Source: Octopus vulgaris
Taxonomy: Eukaryota
Length of the DNA: 64,000 nt
Assembly (NCBI GenBank): GCA_951406725.2
Contig: OX597814.1
Location: forward strand, 194,246,001 to 194,310,000
Reading direction: 5' to 3'
The notes under the pieces were generated by a model, which was not told where the DNA came from, made no database searches, and saw only the letters and a list, made by a program, of their open reading frames with translations. This document shows, in pieces, positions 38,017 to 52,183 of this stretch (position 1 is the first letter of the stretch; each line of letters starts with the position of its first letter). The translations under genes and the position numbers were made by a program.

Positions 38017-38469
38017 CGTTTATCTTTGTCGTTATTTGTCAAACATTTCTCTTGTGTTCCCTAAACCATCATGTTAATTATGTGAATTTATTATAGAACT
38101 CTTACTGGTACTTATGCCTGTGCTTGTAGGGTGCCAAGAACACCATCCGAGCGTGATCGTTGCCAGAGCAGCCAACTGGCTTCCTTCCCCATGGCACGTA
38201 AAAGGGCACCATTCAAGTGTGATCGTTACCAACGTTGCTTCACTGGCACCTGTAAAAAGATTCAAGCGAGGTCATTGCCTGTACCGCCTGACTGGCCCCC
38301 GTGCAGGTGGCATGTAAAAAGCACCCACTACACTCTCGGAGTGGTTGGCGTTAGGAAGGGCATCCAGCTATAGAAACTCTGCCAGATCAAGACTGGAGCC
38401 TGGTGCAGCCCTCAGTCAAAATCCTCCAACCCATGCTAGCATGGAAAACAGACGTTAAATGATGATGAT

Positions 38470-38782
38470 GAAGGTGCATGACTCAATGGTTAAGTGTCAG
38501 GCTCACAATCATGAGGTGGTGAGTTTGATTCCTGGACCAGGCTGTGTGTCATGTTCTTGAGCAAGACACTTTATTTCATGTTGCTCCAGTTCACTCAGCT
38601 ATAGAAATGAGTTACAACATCACTGGTACCAAGCTGTATCGGCCCCTTTGCCTTTCCCTTGGATAACATCAGTGGCATGGAAAGGGGATGCTGGTTATCC
38701 ATAAACAGCCTTGCCTGGACTTGTGCCTCGGAAGGGAACTTTCAAGGTGCATCCAGTGGTCATTCATGACCAAAGGGGTCTT
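38470..38782 (+). mobile_element. SINE family C, CpG-decayed copy
   Basis: Colinear with 20809..21145. Confidence 0.85.
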
Positions 38783-39187
38783 CTTCATTCATTATAGAAT
38801 CAGCTTTGTCTGGGACATAAACCTCATGGTTTATTTAACCAGTAGTAATCATTTACTTCTGTAAGGTTTTATAAAGTAGAATGAAAAGCTTTATTTTAAG
38901 GGTATTTAGGTGGTTAATTCAGAGAATTCTATAAGAAAGAAAACTTTTTTTATTATTTTGGAACAAAAGATTATAATTTTGAGAAAAGTTAAATGAAAGG
39001 AAAGTTGTGGGGGTAAAAATAAAAAGTAGGAATGGTCAATTGAATTAAGGAATCACCTAGAGCAGTTTTGCTGTTGACATTTTTGAGATGATACTGAAGG
39101 TATATTAAAGTGAAATTAATTTGGGTCTTTATTACTATTAGCATTAAATTACCCAATCAATAAATGTTCTGTTGTTATCCTTACAAT

Positions 39188-39558
39188 CTCTTTTACTTGT
39201 TTGTCATTTTGACTGTGGCCATGCTGGAGCACCACCTTTAGTCGAGCAAATCGATCCCAGGACTTATTCTCTGTAAGCCTAGTACTTATTCTATCAGTCT
39301 CTTTTGCCAAACCGCTAAGTTACAGGGACGTAAACACACCAGCATCGGTTGTCAAGCGATGTTGGGAGGGGATACACACACACACAAACATATACACGAT
39401 GAGCTTCTTTCAGTTTCCGTCTACCAAATCCACTCACAAGGCTTTGGTCAGCCCGAGGCTATAGTAGAAGACACTTGCCTAAGGTGCCACGCAGTGGGAC
39501 TGAACCCGGAACCATGTGGTTGGTAAGCAAGCTACTTACCACACAGCCACTCCTGCAC
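39188..39558 (-). mobile_element. SINE family A
   Basis: Head to tail intact. Confidence 0.9.
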
Positions 39559-39907
39559 TAATCCTTTATAATTTTGGTACAAGGCCAGCAATTTTAAGGA
39601 GAAGTTTTTCACATTGACTCCAGTGCTTAACTATTACTTTATTTTATTAATCCTGAAAGATAAAAGACAAATTTGACTTCAGAATGTAAAAGCAGAAGTC
39701 ATTTTGACTGGCATTTTAACAATTCTACCAACTTGCCGCCTTTTTAAATTTTTATTTAAATGACAACATAAAAATTAACAATTAAATCTTTGATTTAATT
39801 CTGATTTTCATCTTTTTCTAATTATATCTCTTTATTTAGGAATATATATATATGGCTATGTCTAGCTGTTCCATACTGACCAATGAAATGAATTTGACCC
39901 ACCAACG

Positions 39908-40279
39908 ATGACCTCAAACCTAATACCAAAAAGTAGGATTGTCGAAGGAGATCCGCGTCACAAGAGCCATGAAGAAGTATTACACATGGTACAGCAGCTG
40001 CAATCAGAGAACAAAAACTTGATGTTCAACCATGATACCATGGTAAAGGACATCAACCGACGACTACAGGTGCACTTGATGGAGATCCAAGGTCTGAGGA
40101 ATGTCAACCAAAAACTGCAGGATGACAATCAAGAGCTGCGAGACCTGTGCTGCTTCTTGGACGATGAGCGCCAAAGTGGCAAGAAGTTGGCTAAAGACTG
40201 GCAGAAGTTTGGTCGGTATACGGCCAGTGTGATGCAGACGGAGGTGACGAACTACCATGAAAAATTACGAGAACTCGAG
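39908..40279 (+). CDS. CCDC85C: CCDC85 coding exon 1 (N-terminal coiled coil)
   Basis: Acceptor tttatttag ends at 39839, in-frame stop at 39884, ATG at 39908, donor GAG|gtaggt. Encodes MTSNL...KLRELE. Confidence 0.95.
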
Positions 40280-43200
40280 GTAGGTTTGTGTCTTGAATTT
40301 CCTTGTGTTTAACCCTAGGTCATTTCTATAATAAGTTGATCTTTGGAAAGAAAGTATTCATCATCATCATCGTTGTCATCATTTAATGTGTTTCCCATAC
40401 TGGCATGGGTTGGATGGTTTGATGGGGAAGCTGGTAAGCTGAATGACTGCAACAGTCATCTGTTTCGGCATGGTTTCTGCTACTGGATGCCCTTGCATGA
40501 TGCTGGCACAAATGCTTTTTACATGATGCGGAGACACAGGTGCTTTTATAATGTAATCTTTTTCTTTCTCTTTTACTTGGTTCAGTCATTTGACTGTGGT
40601 CATACTGGAGCACCGCCTTTAGTCGAGCAAATCAACCCTAGGACTTATTCTTTGCAAGCCTAGTACTTATTCTATTGCTCTTTTGCTGAACTGCTAAGTC
40701 ACGGGGACGTAAACACACCAGCATCGGTTGTCAAGCAATGTTGGGGGGGACAAATACCAACACACACATATATACACTGTAAATCCTCGAGTATAGTCCA
40801 CCCTTGAGTATAATACGCAGGGGACGTTTAGGGGGCTGTACCTCTGAAAAACCTAAACCTTGTGTATAATACGCACCCCTTCTCTAACTTGAGTCATGCG
40901 TAATTAAGCCAGTAGCACCAAGTCGAACAAACACTTCCATGCATGCATAATACAATAATGGTGATGTTCTTAACTGTTATATGGGAATGTAAATATGTTT
41001 GCAAATTAATTTTGTTACATGTTATTCTGTGTTGTGAATACTTTTATTTTAATAAATGTTGCTTATTGCAAGTTATGGATGATTCTTTTTTGACTTCATT
41101 GCTTTCAGGATTAGCTTACGGTATTTTCCCACCCGGGGTATTTGTCGTCATTGAGTTCGATTCCAGGTAGTGACCTGAATAATAATAATAATAATCAGTA
41201 AGGCGATGCTGGTAACGATCACACTTGAATGGTGCTTTTTACATGCTTCCGGCATGAAAGCCAGTTAGCTGCTCTGGCAACGATCACGCTCGGATGGTGC
41301 TCTTAGCTCTCCACTAGCACGGATGCCAGTCATCTAATTTGATTATTTGATAATAATAATAAAAACAACAACAACAACAACATCGAAAAATACCTTAGGA
41401 ATGAGAACCCAGTTTTGAAATTTCCTTAAAACACCCAACGAAGGCTGGAGGGTGTATTAGCCGAAACGTTGTGTTAACAACAAACAAGATGAGGACAAAT
41501 ATTTGTCGAATGTAAATAATGTAAATAAATCAAATCCCATTTCTTGTATTTTTTAAGTCTCAAATGTAAAGCTTGAGTATTCAGTCCTCGATTTTTCTTT
41601 TTTTTTTTTTTTTTTATAATTTTGATTTCTGTTCTTTTTTTATTATTTGTGTTGTTATCTTTTAAGGTGAAACAAGAAGAACTGATTAAAGATAACTTGG
41701 AAATGCAAGAATTGTGTCTTTACATGGGCCGAGAACATTTGTTTGACAACGACAGAGATGACGGAGATGGCAGCAGTAATGGGACAACAGGAGGCAATGA
41801 GAAAATTGAAGAAGTCAACCAAACTCAGACTCCATCCGGTGACCAGTCAGGACAAAACTGTAAGTTTTCATCAATGGAATTATATAGAAATATATAAGAT
41901 TCGTCAATGAAAATCTTTGTCCAAAACATCATATTTCTTTATGTAAAAGAAGCAACGTCACATGCTTTGGTATTTTCAAGCAAGCAAAGGGGCATCGTTG
42001 CAGTTTACTCTTTTACTTGTTTCAGTCATTTGACTGTGGCCATGCTGGAGCACCGCCTTTAGTCGAGCAAATCGACCCCGGGACTTATTCTTTGTAAGCT
42101 TAGTACTTATTCTATTGGTCTCTTTTGCCAAAGCGCTAAGTGACGGTGACGTAAACACACCAGCATCGGTTGTCAAGCGATGTTGATGTGGGGGGGGGGG
42201 GGGCAAAACACATACACACATACGACAGGCTTCTTTCAGTCTCCGTCTACCAAATCCACTCACAAAGCTTTGGTCAGCCCCATGCTATAGTAGACACTTG
42301 CCCAAGGTGCCATGCAGTGGGACTGAACCTGGAATCATGTTTTCTGGTCTTTTATCTTTTACTTGTTTCAGTCATTAGACTGTGGCCATGCTGGGGCACT
42401 GCCTTGAAGAATCTTAGTCCAGCAAATTGACCCCAGAATTTTTTTTTCAAGCCAGGTACTTATCCTATCAGTCTCTTTTGCTGAACCCCTAAGCTACAGG
42501 GATGTAAAAAACACACCAACACCAGTTGTCAAGTAGTGGTGAGACACCCATTTATATACATGACAGGCTTCTTTCAGTTTCCATCTACCAAATCCACTCA
42601 CAAAGCTTTGGAAGACACTTGCCCAAAGTGTCAAACAGTGTGACTGAACCCAGAACCATGTGGTTGGGAAGCAAGTTTCTTACCACATAGCCATGCCTGC
42701 ACCTATTAGAAATAACAACCAAATCCTCCTCAAGTTACACCCTGTCATCATAAAAAATTCAATGATATGAACAATGTAATCATAGATGTAAAAACGATAG
42801 GGTGGTCATGGCTGGAAACTTTTGATCATGGGTCAACTCAATCTGGGTTGATCTAGAGCTAAATACTTGACCTTGCTCATCTCCTTGAATTCTGGAGGCT
42901 GGATTTTATTAATGTTAGACACCCAGCCATAGAAACCATACCAAAGTAGGCATTGGAGCTCAGTTCAGTCTTTGGACCTATCTGATCTTGTCAAACCACC
43001 CAACCCATGCCGGCACGCCATTGAACATTGAACACGCTGGCATGGTTTGGACAGTTTGACCAGGGCTGGTAAGCTGATGGGCTGCACCAGCCTCCAGTCT
43101 GATTTGGCATGGTTTCTGCCGCTGGATGCCCAGACACATATTCGTAAGTAAGGATTTAGTGTCACACAAAGCTGTTTATGTTACAAAGAGATATTTTAAT

Positions 43201-46200
43201 AGATTCTCTTTACTCTCTCTCTTTTATTTGTTCCAGTCATTTGACTGTGGCCATGCTGGAGTAGCGCCCTTAGTCAAGCAAATCAACCCCAGGACTTATT
43301 CTTTGGAAGCCTAGTACTTATGCTACCGGTCTCTTTTGCTGAACCGCTAAGTTACGGGGACGTAAACACACCAGCATCAGTTGTGAAGCAATGTTGGGGG
43401 GACAAACACAAACATAGAAACATATACATATATATACAACGGGCTTCTTTCAGTTTCCGTCTACCAAATTCACTCACAAGGCTTTGGTCAGCCCAAGGCT
43501 ATAGTAGAAGACACTTGCCCAAGGTGTCACGCAGTGGGACTGAACCTGGAATCATGTGGTTCATAAGCAAGCTACTTACCACATGCCACTCCTACGCCTA
43601 GGAGCATTTTTCTTTTCTTTTTTTTTGTATGGTTTTGTAGACCCACCTCCCTTCTTAGTCTTGATGAAAATAACTTACATTCAAAGACATTCCAGCTGTG
43701 ACCATCCTTTTTTTTTTATACTTTTTTTAGACAGATAAATAGGATTACATAATTCAGCATACCTGTGAAAAACAAATATAGATTCAAGCCATGATAAACA
43801 GACAAAGTACAAAGTAAATAGAAACCAGTCATTTTATTCTCTAGAAAACATAAAATATAAATATATTTTCAAGTTGCCACTTGTAAATGATTTGCGACAA
43901 ATGAGAGTGGAAGAAAATTTAAATAAATATAAAAAGATTTTCATTTCATCATTCAGAAAAGGTAAGCTGTGTCCACCAAAATCTCTGCACAAGATCAAGA
44001 ACAGTTAAGTGTTTTTCTACTAGGAGTGTTTATCATGGATACTAGCTGATCACGTGCCATCAATAATGACGGCTAAGTGTAGCATTTTATATATAAATAA
44101 AGTACATAATAATCACACATATAGCCTGGGCTTCAGAGGTCCACAGCTCTTCAATATCCTCCTGAAGGACCTGCATGGGGTGGATGGAGGTGTCTTCAAA
44201 ATAAAGCTGGACCTCTTCCTGTCAGGTGTCCCAAATGAACCAACTTCGCGGCAGGAGGTGCAGATGAGGGCAGCTGCATCAAACTCTCTCATGCACCAAA
44301 TGGCGATGCCTCAGCATGGCCACAGCTCGTGAGCTGGAACTAGATGAAATAAAATAATAAAAAAAAAAACAAACATTCACATACTTCCCTTGTACATGCA
44401 CACATATATATATACTCACACAGAGTTGAAACACTGATTTTTTTTTTTTTACCCCTTCCTTCCTTATTTGTTTATCACCCCCTTCCTTTCTCTCACTCTC
44501 AGTCAGAGCAATTACTCTCACTACTACTCCTTCACTGAATTACTATTTTCACTCCTCTGCATCTGGCTTGATTCTGGACAAATATATAAAAACACTAAAC
44601 TCGTTATTATATTAGGATATATCTGAGTGACTGCACTCACAGACACTTACCATAAAACTCAAATAATCACACAGAGAAAAAAAATAGTTTTTTTCTCCTT
44701 TTCTTATTTCGGTGGCCATGCTGGGGCACCACCTTGAATAATTATTAGTCAAATAAATCAACCCCAGTCCTTTCTTTTTTTCTCTCCTTTTTCTTCTTTG
44801 AAAAGCTTGTTAATTATTCTATCAACCTCTTTTGCCAAACTGCAGCCACACTTGGAATTTGCATCACCAGTCTGGAACCCCTATATCTTTCTCAGGACAT
44901 TGACCTCCTAGAAACTGCTCAGAGACATGCACCAAGTGAATACCCTCCACCAGGCATCTACCGTACTCTGAACACCTTGCTTCCCTGGGCATAGATACAA
45001 TGAAGCTCTGGTGTCTGGCAACTGACTTGGCAGACACCCATAAAATTATTAACCATTGCACCAACAACCATCTTGAGCACCTTTCTTGAGCTCCATGTGT
45101 CTAACACATGTGGGCATTATTATGGAGATGTAAACAAATGAACAGTGGTTGTCAAGTGGTGGTGGTGGGGGGGATAAACACATACGAGGGGGTGCTGGAA
45201 AGTTCTTGGCTTTGAGGGTATTTTGAAAGACTTAGTTGAAAGCCCCCACCTTCTGAGATATTTTACAGGGCTTAGAAAAACTGATGGACTGCTGCAAGAA
45301 GTGTGTGAACCTGAGAGGGGAATATGTTAAATAAAATCATAATTTCCTGTATTTTCTTTTATCCAAAGCCAGGAACTTTTCAGTACCCCCTTGTATATAT
45401 ACGACAGGCCTCTTTCAGTTCTATTTTTAAGAGATGAGGAATTATGTACATTATTTACATTTGACAGATATTTGTCCTCATCTTGTTTGTTGTTAACACA
45501 ACATTTTGGCTGATATACCCTCCACTCTTCTTCAGGTTCGAAATGTTGTATTAACAACAAACATCCAAATGTAAATAATCTAAATAAGGCCTCTTTTAGT
45601 TTACATCTACCAAATCCATTTGCAAGGCTTTGGTTGGCCCAAGGTGCCATGCAATGGGACTGAACCCAGAACCATGTGGTTGGGAAGCAAACTTCTTACA
45701 CACACCCACCTTTCCCTATTTTTTTTTAATATTGTTTTCCTATAAAATAAAAAAATAAAGACCTTCCCTAACAGTCTTTATTCTCATCTCTCTGAAAGGA
45801 AAATATTCTTATGCCTAAGAAATTATGTGGGTAGTGATAGCCGATTCCTGCAACAGCGGGAATACAAGATGACAGGTTTAATCCAGTTACTAACTTTAGA
45901 AATGTTACATTTAAAAGGCTGGCATCCTATCCGTAACAGATTTAGCTCTCATCATGAAACTGAAGAAGGTCTGCTTTGGCCTTTATAAATTCTGCAAAGG
46001 TTTCTGATTTCCAAAGAGAATTTTTTTTTTTTATTTAAAACAACGTATTAATTCAGTTTAATATTGCTTTAGAAATAATCTTTTGTTTTTATTTCTTCAG
46101 CCATTCCTGATCAGACATTAAATTATATAAAACATTTAGAGGAACTTGTTCGGAAACTCAAAGAAGAAAGAAATAATTTGTCTCTGGTAAGTTTTATCAT

Positions 46201-46665
46201 TGGAGAATCTTGACTGTTTGTTTCCTTGATTTGTTTAGAAAGTTTTCCCAGTTATTTTATTATACTACATCTGGACTGCTTTTCTGTCGAGAATCCTAAA
46301 TAGTGGTTCAGAGTGGATTAGGCATCCTGTGTTCATTTGTAATAATGAGTACTTTAAGAATCAATCACAGTTTTAAATTAAAGATGAAATCTAAATTACA
46401 AATTCAGATTTTTTTTTTTTTAATTAAGATTTTTTTACATTATTTATAATGGACGGATAGGTGTCCTCATCTTGTTTTTTGTTATCACAGAGGTTCAGTG
46501 CCAAAGCGTGATAACAACAAACAAGATGAAGACACCTATCCATCCATTATAAATAATGTACATAATTCCTCATCTCAAAAATATAGAATAGTAAAATTCT
46601 TTTTATCAACTCATTTTCAGATATTTTTCAGTTTATAAAAACATTAGAGTTTTAACTATTCAAAG

Positions 46666-46698
<33 letters not shown>

Positions 46699-49600
46699 AT
46701 AGAAAACCCAGTTGAATCTAATTCCTAACCATCAAAATTCATTATTTCTCCAATCAGATGCATATATCAATTATATATTCTTTGTTAATTAACTTAATGA
46801 CCATATTTGATGGCATAAAAGATGCATGGGCATATTAAACACATCCTAATTTCAGCAATGCATGTTCAGGAAAAGTATTTAGTGCTTATGGGCAGCCCAA
46901 CTTTGCATATAGGGCCCAAGGTTTTTATTTCCTTAAACTTTTTTCTTTACCAAAAAAAGTGCCTCTTATATGCTATCAAAATGGTACCATTTCCATAAAT
47001 CAATTACAAGAAAACCACTTCAAACATCTTCATGCCACAACTGTAATACTAATGTTCTGGGGTTTTTGTAGACTGGAAGACTTTCTTTCCCCCTCCCCTT
47101 CATTTCAAGATGCAAGTTCAAATACACCACTACTATTTCTTGTCACTTCCTGTAGACATCAGCTCAACTATTCACACTAAGCCACAATTACACAATACTC
47201 TAGCTTTCTTAACCCTTTCGATACCAACCCAGCTGGGCTCTGGCTCTGTTGTACAAATGTCTTGTTTACATAAATTTTGAATTAAAATCTTCCCCCAAAC
47301 CTTAGTCACAATTTATGTTCTTAACACCAGCTGAACGATAACTAAGTTATTTTGTTATATTTAAAATTAACTGAAAGAAACAGAGCATCTCAAAATAAAT
47401 ACGGTAACAGAAGGGTTAAGGCACTTTCCTGTGGTTAAATGCTCTTGTTGGCTTGTTTTCCATGTCTTAGCACATCCAATTTATGAGTTGCCAAACTTAT
47501 TTATGCAAGGCATAAACAAACACTACTGCTACCCAAATGGTGTCAATAAGAGGTGTAGACTTGCACACACGTGTTAGTGTGTATGATAATGTATACATCT
47601 CTCTCTCTGGCCAGGTGACTATGCATCTCCTCTAGAGCAAGACACATGTTTCTGTCTCTCTTATTTCTTTATTGCCCACAAGGGGCTAAACAGAGAGGGG
47701 ACAAACAAGGACAGACAAAGGGATTAAGTCAATTAGATCGATCCCCAGTGCATAACTGGTACTTAATATATCGACCCTGAAAGGATGAAAGGCAAAGTCG
47801 ATCTCGGTGGAATTTGAACTCAGAATGTAACAGCAGACAAAATACCTATTTCTTTATTACCCACAAGGGGCTAAACACAGAGAGGACAAACAAGGACAAA
47901 GGGATTAAGTCGATTAGATCAACCCCAGTGCGTAACTAGTACTTCATTTATCAACCCCAAAAAGATGAAAGGCAAAGTCGACCTCGGCTGAATTTGAACT
48001 CAGAATGTAACGTCAGACGAAATACTGCTAAGCATTTCGCCCAGCGTGCTAACATTTCTGCCAGCTCACCGCCTTTCCTGTTTCTGTCTCTCTGTCACAC
48101 TCTAACCATTCATCATCTGATACAAGATCATTTCCTTCAATGCCCTCCTCCTCTCTCGAAAGTTCTTTGTCTTGCAAGCCACTTGGTGACCCTGCAAATG
48201 CTGGTGCCATATAAAAACCATACCAAAACTGATCTTGCCTGTTCTGGTGCCACATAGAAAGCACTCTGTTCTCTCTGCGGGGTGGTTGGTGTTAAGAAGG
48301 GCATCCAGCTGTAAAAACCCTGCCAAAACAGACACATAAGTCTGGTGCAGTCTTCTGCCTGGCCAGCTCCTGTCAAACCGTCCAACCCATGCCAGCATGA
48401 AAAGCAGACATTAAATGATGATGATGAAGAGGGTGTGTGTGCACTTGCTACTGGTAACACATAATCCAGTACACCCTGTCACATGGTTGGGTTGTCAGTG
48501 GTTAAACTGGAAATGCCACCAGGTTTGCTTGGTAAGAGAGTGATCTTTGGGCCCCGTGCAAGATGAAAAACGTCAAAAGGTAAAGGAACTCACAAGACTG
48601 AACAGTCATCCGAGTGAGGTCTGCTGTCCATCAGTCAAAAGGTGTGGTGGCATTTGGAAGAGCATCCTGCTTAGAAAATACGCCAAAGCAGACATTGGTG
48701 TACGGTGCAGTCCTGTGGCTCACCAACCCCTGTTGAATCATCCTACCAATGCCAGAATAAAAAGCAGGCATTAATAGATAAGAATAGTCATAATTCATAA
48801 TGTAAAATTTTATTTTTGAGTCCAGAATTATGTAATATGTTTGTTTTTGTATCTCGTTTCCAGCAACTTGAACAACAAACAAATGATGCCAACAGTAATT
48901 ATCCCAACACCTTCAGGCCACCTGGACCAGTTCGGGCTCAAATGGTAGGATAACTTTTTAACATAATTTGTTAGCCCTAATTTCAGATCAACACTTAGCC
49001 ATAAAGCAGCTGCTGTTTTGTGTCTTCTCTTCCTTGAGCAAGGTACATAACTCTATTTGGTACAGTTATGCTGTAGTAAATATTTAAAGTAGAGCATAAA
49101 AATTTGATTAGGAATACTAAAAATACAGTGAAGGCAGGCAAAACAGGAGTCAAGCTCATACGTTTCAGAAAACTATGGTTTGCGAAAATTAAATTCAAGC
49201 ACTTGAATTTCAGTTTATGCTATTTAGCAAATATATTTAATACCTGGGATCGCGAAAAATCTTGTGATGAATGAAAAGGGTTTAACCTTTTTGAATTAAA
49301 ATCTACTACCACCAAACCTTAATTACAATTTATGTTCTTAACATAATGATAACTAAGTTACTAAATTCTTTGTTATATTTAAAGTAATTGAAAGAAACAC
49401 AGAGCATCTCAAAATAAATGCAGTAATGAAAGGGTTAAAGAACGGACATTTACCCTTTCGTTACCAACTTGGCTGAAACTGGCTCTGTAGTACAAATGTC
49501 TTGTTTTCATAAGTTTTGAATTAAAATCTTCCATCAAACCTTAGTCACAATTTATGTTCCTAACACTAGCTTAATGATCAAGTTATTTTACTAAATCATT

Positions 49601-50800
49601 TGTTATATTTAAAATAATTGAAAGAAACGCAGAGCATCTCAAAATAAATACAGTAACAAAAGGGTTAAAGAGTGCTGCTATATACAAATCAATTGTGCGA
49701 GTTGGTTCATCAAGAGATTGCAGTGCCCTCCTCTGTTGTTTTTGGTAGGAGAATCTACTACCATAGATGCAGCATGCCAAATGGTTGAGTTCACTTCACA
49801 ATCTTGTAGTCTTGGGATCAAACCCAGTGTGTGGTGACTTGGGGGAGTCAACTTGAGACTTGTGAGTGAAATTGAGGAGATTGCACCTGTATGAAAGCCT
49901 GTCATGTGAAATGCATCTGTAACTTTCAAAGGTTCGACCTTGCACATACTGTGCATTGCTGATTCTAATTGAGGATTTCATAAAGAGTACAAGTGTCTGT
50001 GGAATACTCAGCCACTTGAAAGCTAATTCAGTGAGCTTGATGTTCAGTTGACTGAACTAGTGAGGGTGTGTGGCACAGTGGTTAGACTATTTGGCTCAGA
50101 ATCATAAGGTCATAATTTCAATACCCAGTGGAACACTGCTTCCTTGAGCAAGACACTTCATTTCATGTTGCTTCAATCCACTTGGCTGACAAAAATGAGT
50201 TGTGCCTGTAATTCAAAGGGCCATTCTTATTCCTTTATTGCCCACAAAGGACTTTTTACCGCTAAGCATTTCACCCAGCATGCTAACATTCTGTGTCATG
50301 CTGAATCTCCCTGAGAACTACATTAAGGGTACACATGTCCTGTGGAGCATTCAGCCACTTACATGCTTAATTTCACAAGAAGTCTGTTTCCATTGATCGG
50401 ATCAACTGGAGCACTTGTCATCTTAACCAATGGAGTGAAGGGACTTGTATTTTTATTGTACTAAGTACTCATCAAAATTATCAGAGATCTATCATCATCA
50501 TTATTGTTTAATGTCAGCTTTCCATGCTAGCATGGGTTGGACGATTTGACTGAGGTCTGGCGAACCAGATGGCTGCACCAGACTCCAATCTGATCTGGCA
50601 GAGTTTCTACAGCTGGATGCCCTTCTTAATGATAACACAACTGCAGCTTTGTCCAGCTTGATGGGTCTTCTTCTCAAGCATGACATAATACAAAAGGTCT
50701 CAATCATTGCCTCTGTGAGGCTCAGTACTCAAAAGGTACTCAGCCACTTTGCCTCCATGAGGCCCAATGCTCAAAAAGTGTTCTTTACATGCCACTGACA

Positions 50801-50841
<41 letters not shown>

Positions 50842-52125
50842 CCTCGCCTGGCACCAGTGCAGGTGGCACGTAAAAAGCACCCACTACACTCACGGAGTGG
50901 TTGGCGTTAGGAAGGGCATCCAGCTGTAGAAACGTTGCCAGATAAGACCGGAGCCTGGTGCAGCCTTCTGGCTTCCCAGATCCCCGGTCGAACCGTCCAA
51001 CCCATGCTAGCATGGAGAACGGACGTTAAACAATGATGATGATCATCATCATATATAAAGCTGAAGTTGTCTGTGTATGGCAGGTTTGGTAGCCTTCAAC
51101 TAACATTATCTCCTCTGAGACCCTGCGATGCAAGTTGACCAAAATTGAGAGTATGATAGAAGGCTTGCTCTTCCTTGCGTAGAAGAAAAAATTCAAATCA
51201 TACCATGTTAACACCAAAAATTATTTACACCAAAAACATGCTTTTTTTTCTATGAAAATCCCTATTTTTTTACTGCTGTGTCGCCATTTTTCAGTGTATT
51301 TCAACCAGAAAAATGTTCACTTAAAGAGAATAACAAGCTACATAATGCAAAATTTTTACTTTTTAAAAATTCCAATTCTAAAGGGTCGAAACAAACCCGA
51401 GCAACGCTGGACGATACTGCTAGTAAATATATATTTCTGACAAATCCACTGCTTCAGGCTGTATAGAAGGCACTTGCCCAAAGTTCTACATAGTGGGGCT
51501 GAACTCAAAACCATGCGGTTTGGAAAGCAAGCTTCTTACCACACAGCCACATGCGTAATACTACCGTTATATTACTTTTTTTTACCACTATCTTTTCTTT
51601 CAACCCCAAATTCAGGTGACCAGCTGGAGCAAACCTGCAAACACTATTGGTAGTACAGCCAACCCACCCAGAACTATGCAGTACCCTCAACAACAGCAAC
51701 AACAACAACAACAACAATACTACCACCAACAGCAAGAGAAATACCATCAACAGCAGCAGCAACAACAATCCCAACAGTATCAACAAAATCTCCGACAACA
51801 ACCAGAACAGAAACATCAGAACCCTCCTCCTCGCCCACATCCACCGAATCCTTCATCTCAACCTGATGCCGTTACACATGCAATGAAGGTAATCCAACGA
51901 TATACTCCTTATCAGTCAAGAGTGGTGGTGATGGTAGTTATTGTTACATAGTATACTACAGGCGCAGGTGTGGCTGTGTGGTAAGTAGCTTGCTTACCAA
52001 CCACATGGTTCCGGGTTCAGTCCCACTGCGTGGCACCTTGGGCAAGTGTCTTCTTCTGCTATAGCCCTGGGCCGACCAATGCCTTGTGAGTGGATTTGGT
52101 AGACGGAAACTGAAAGAAGCCTGTC

Positions 52126-52183
<58 letters not shown>

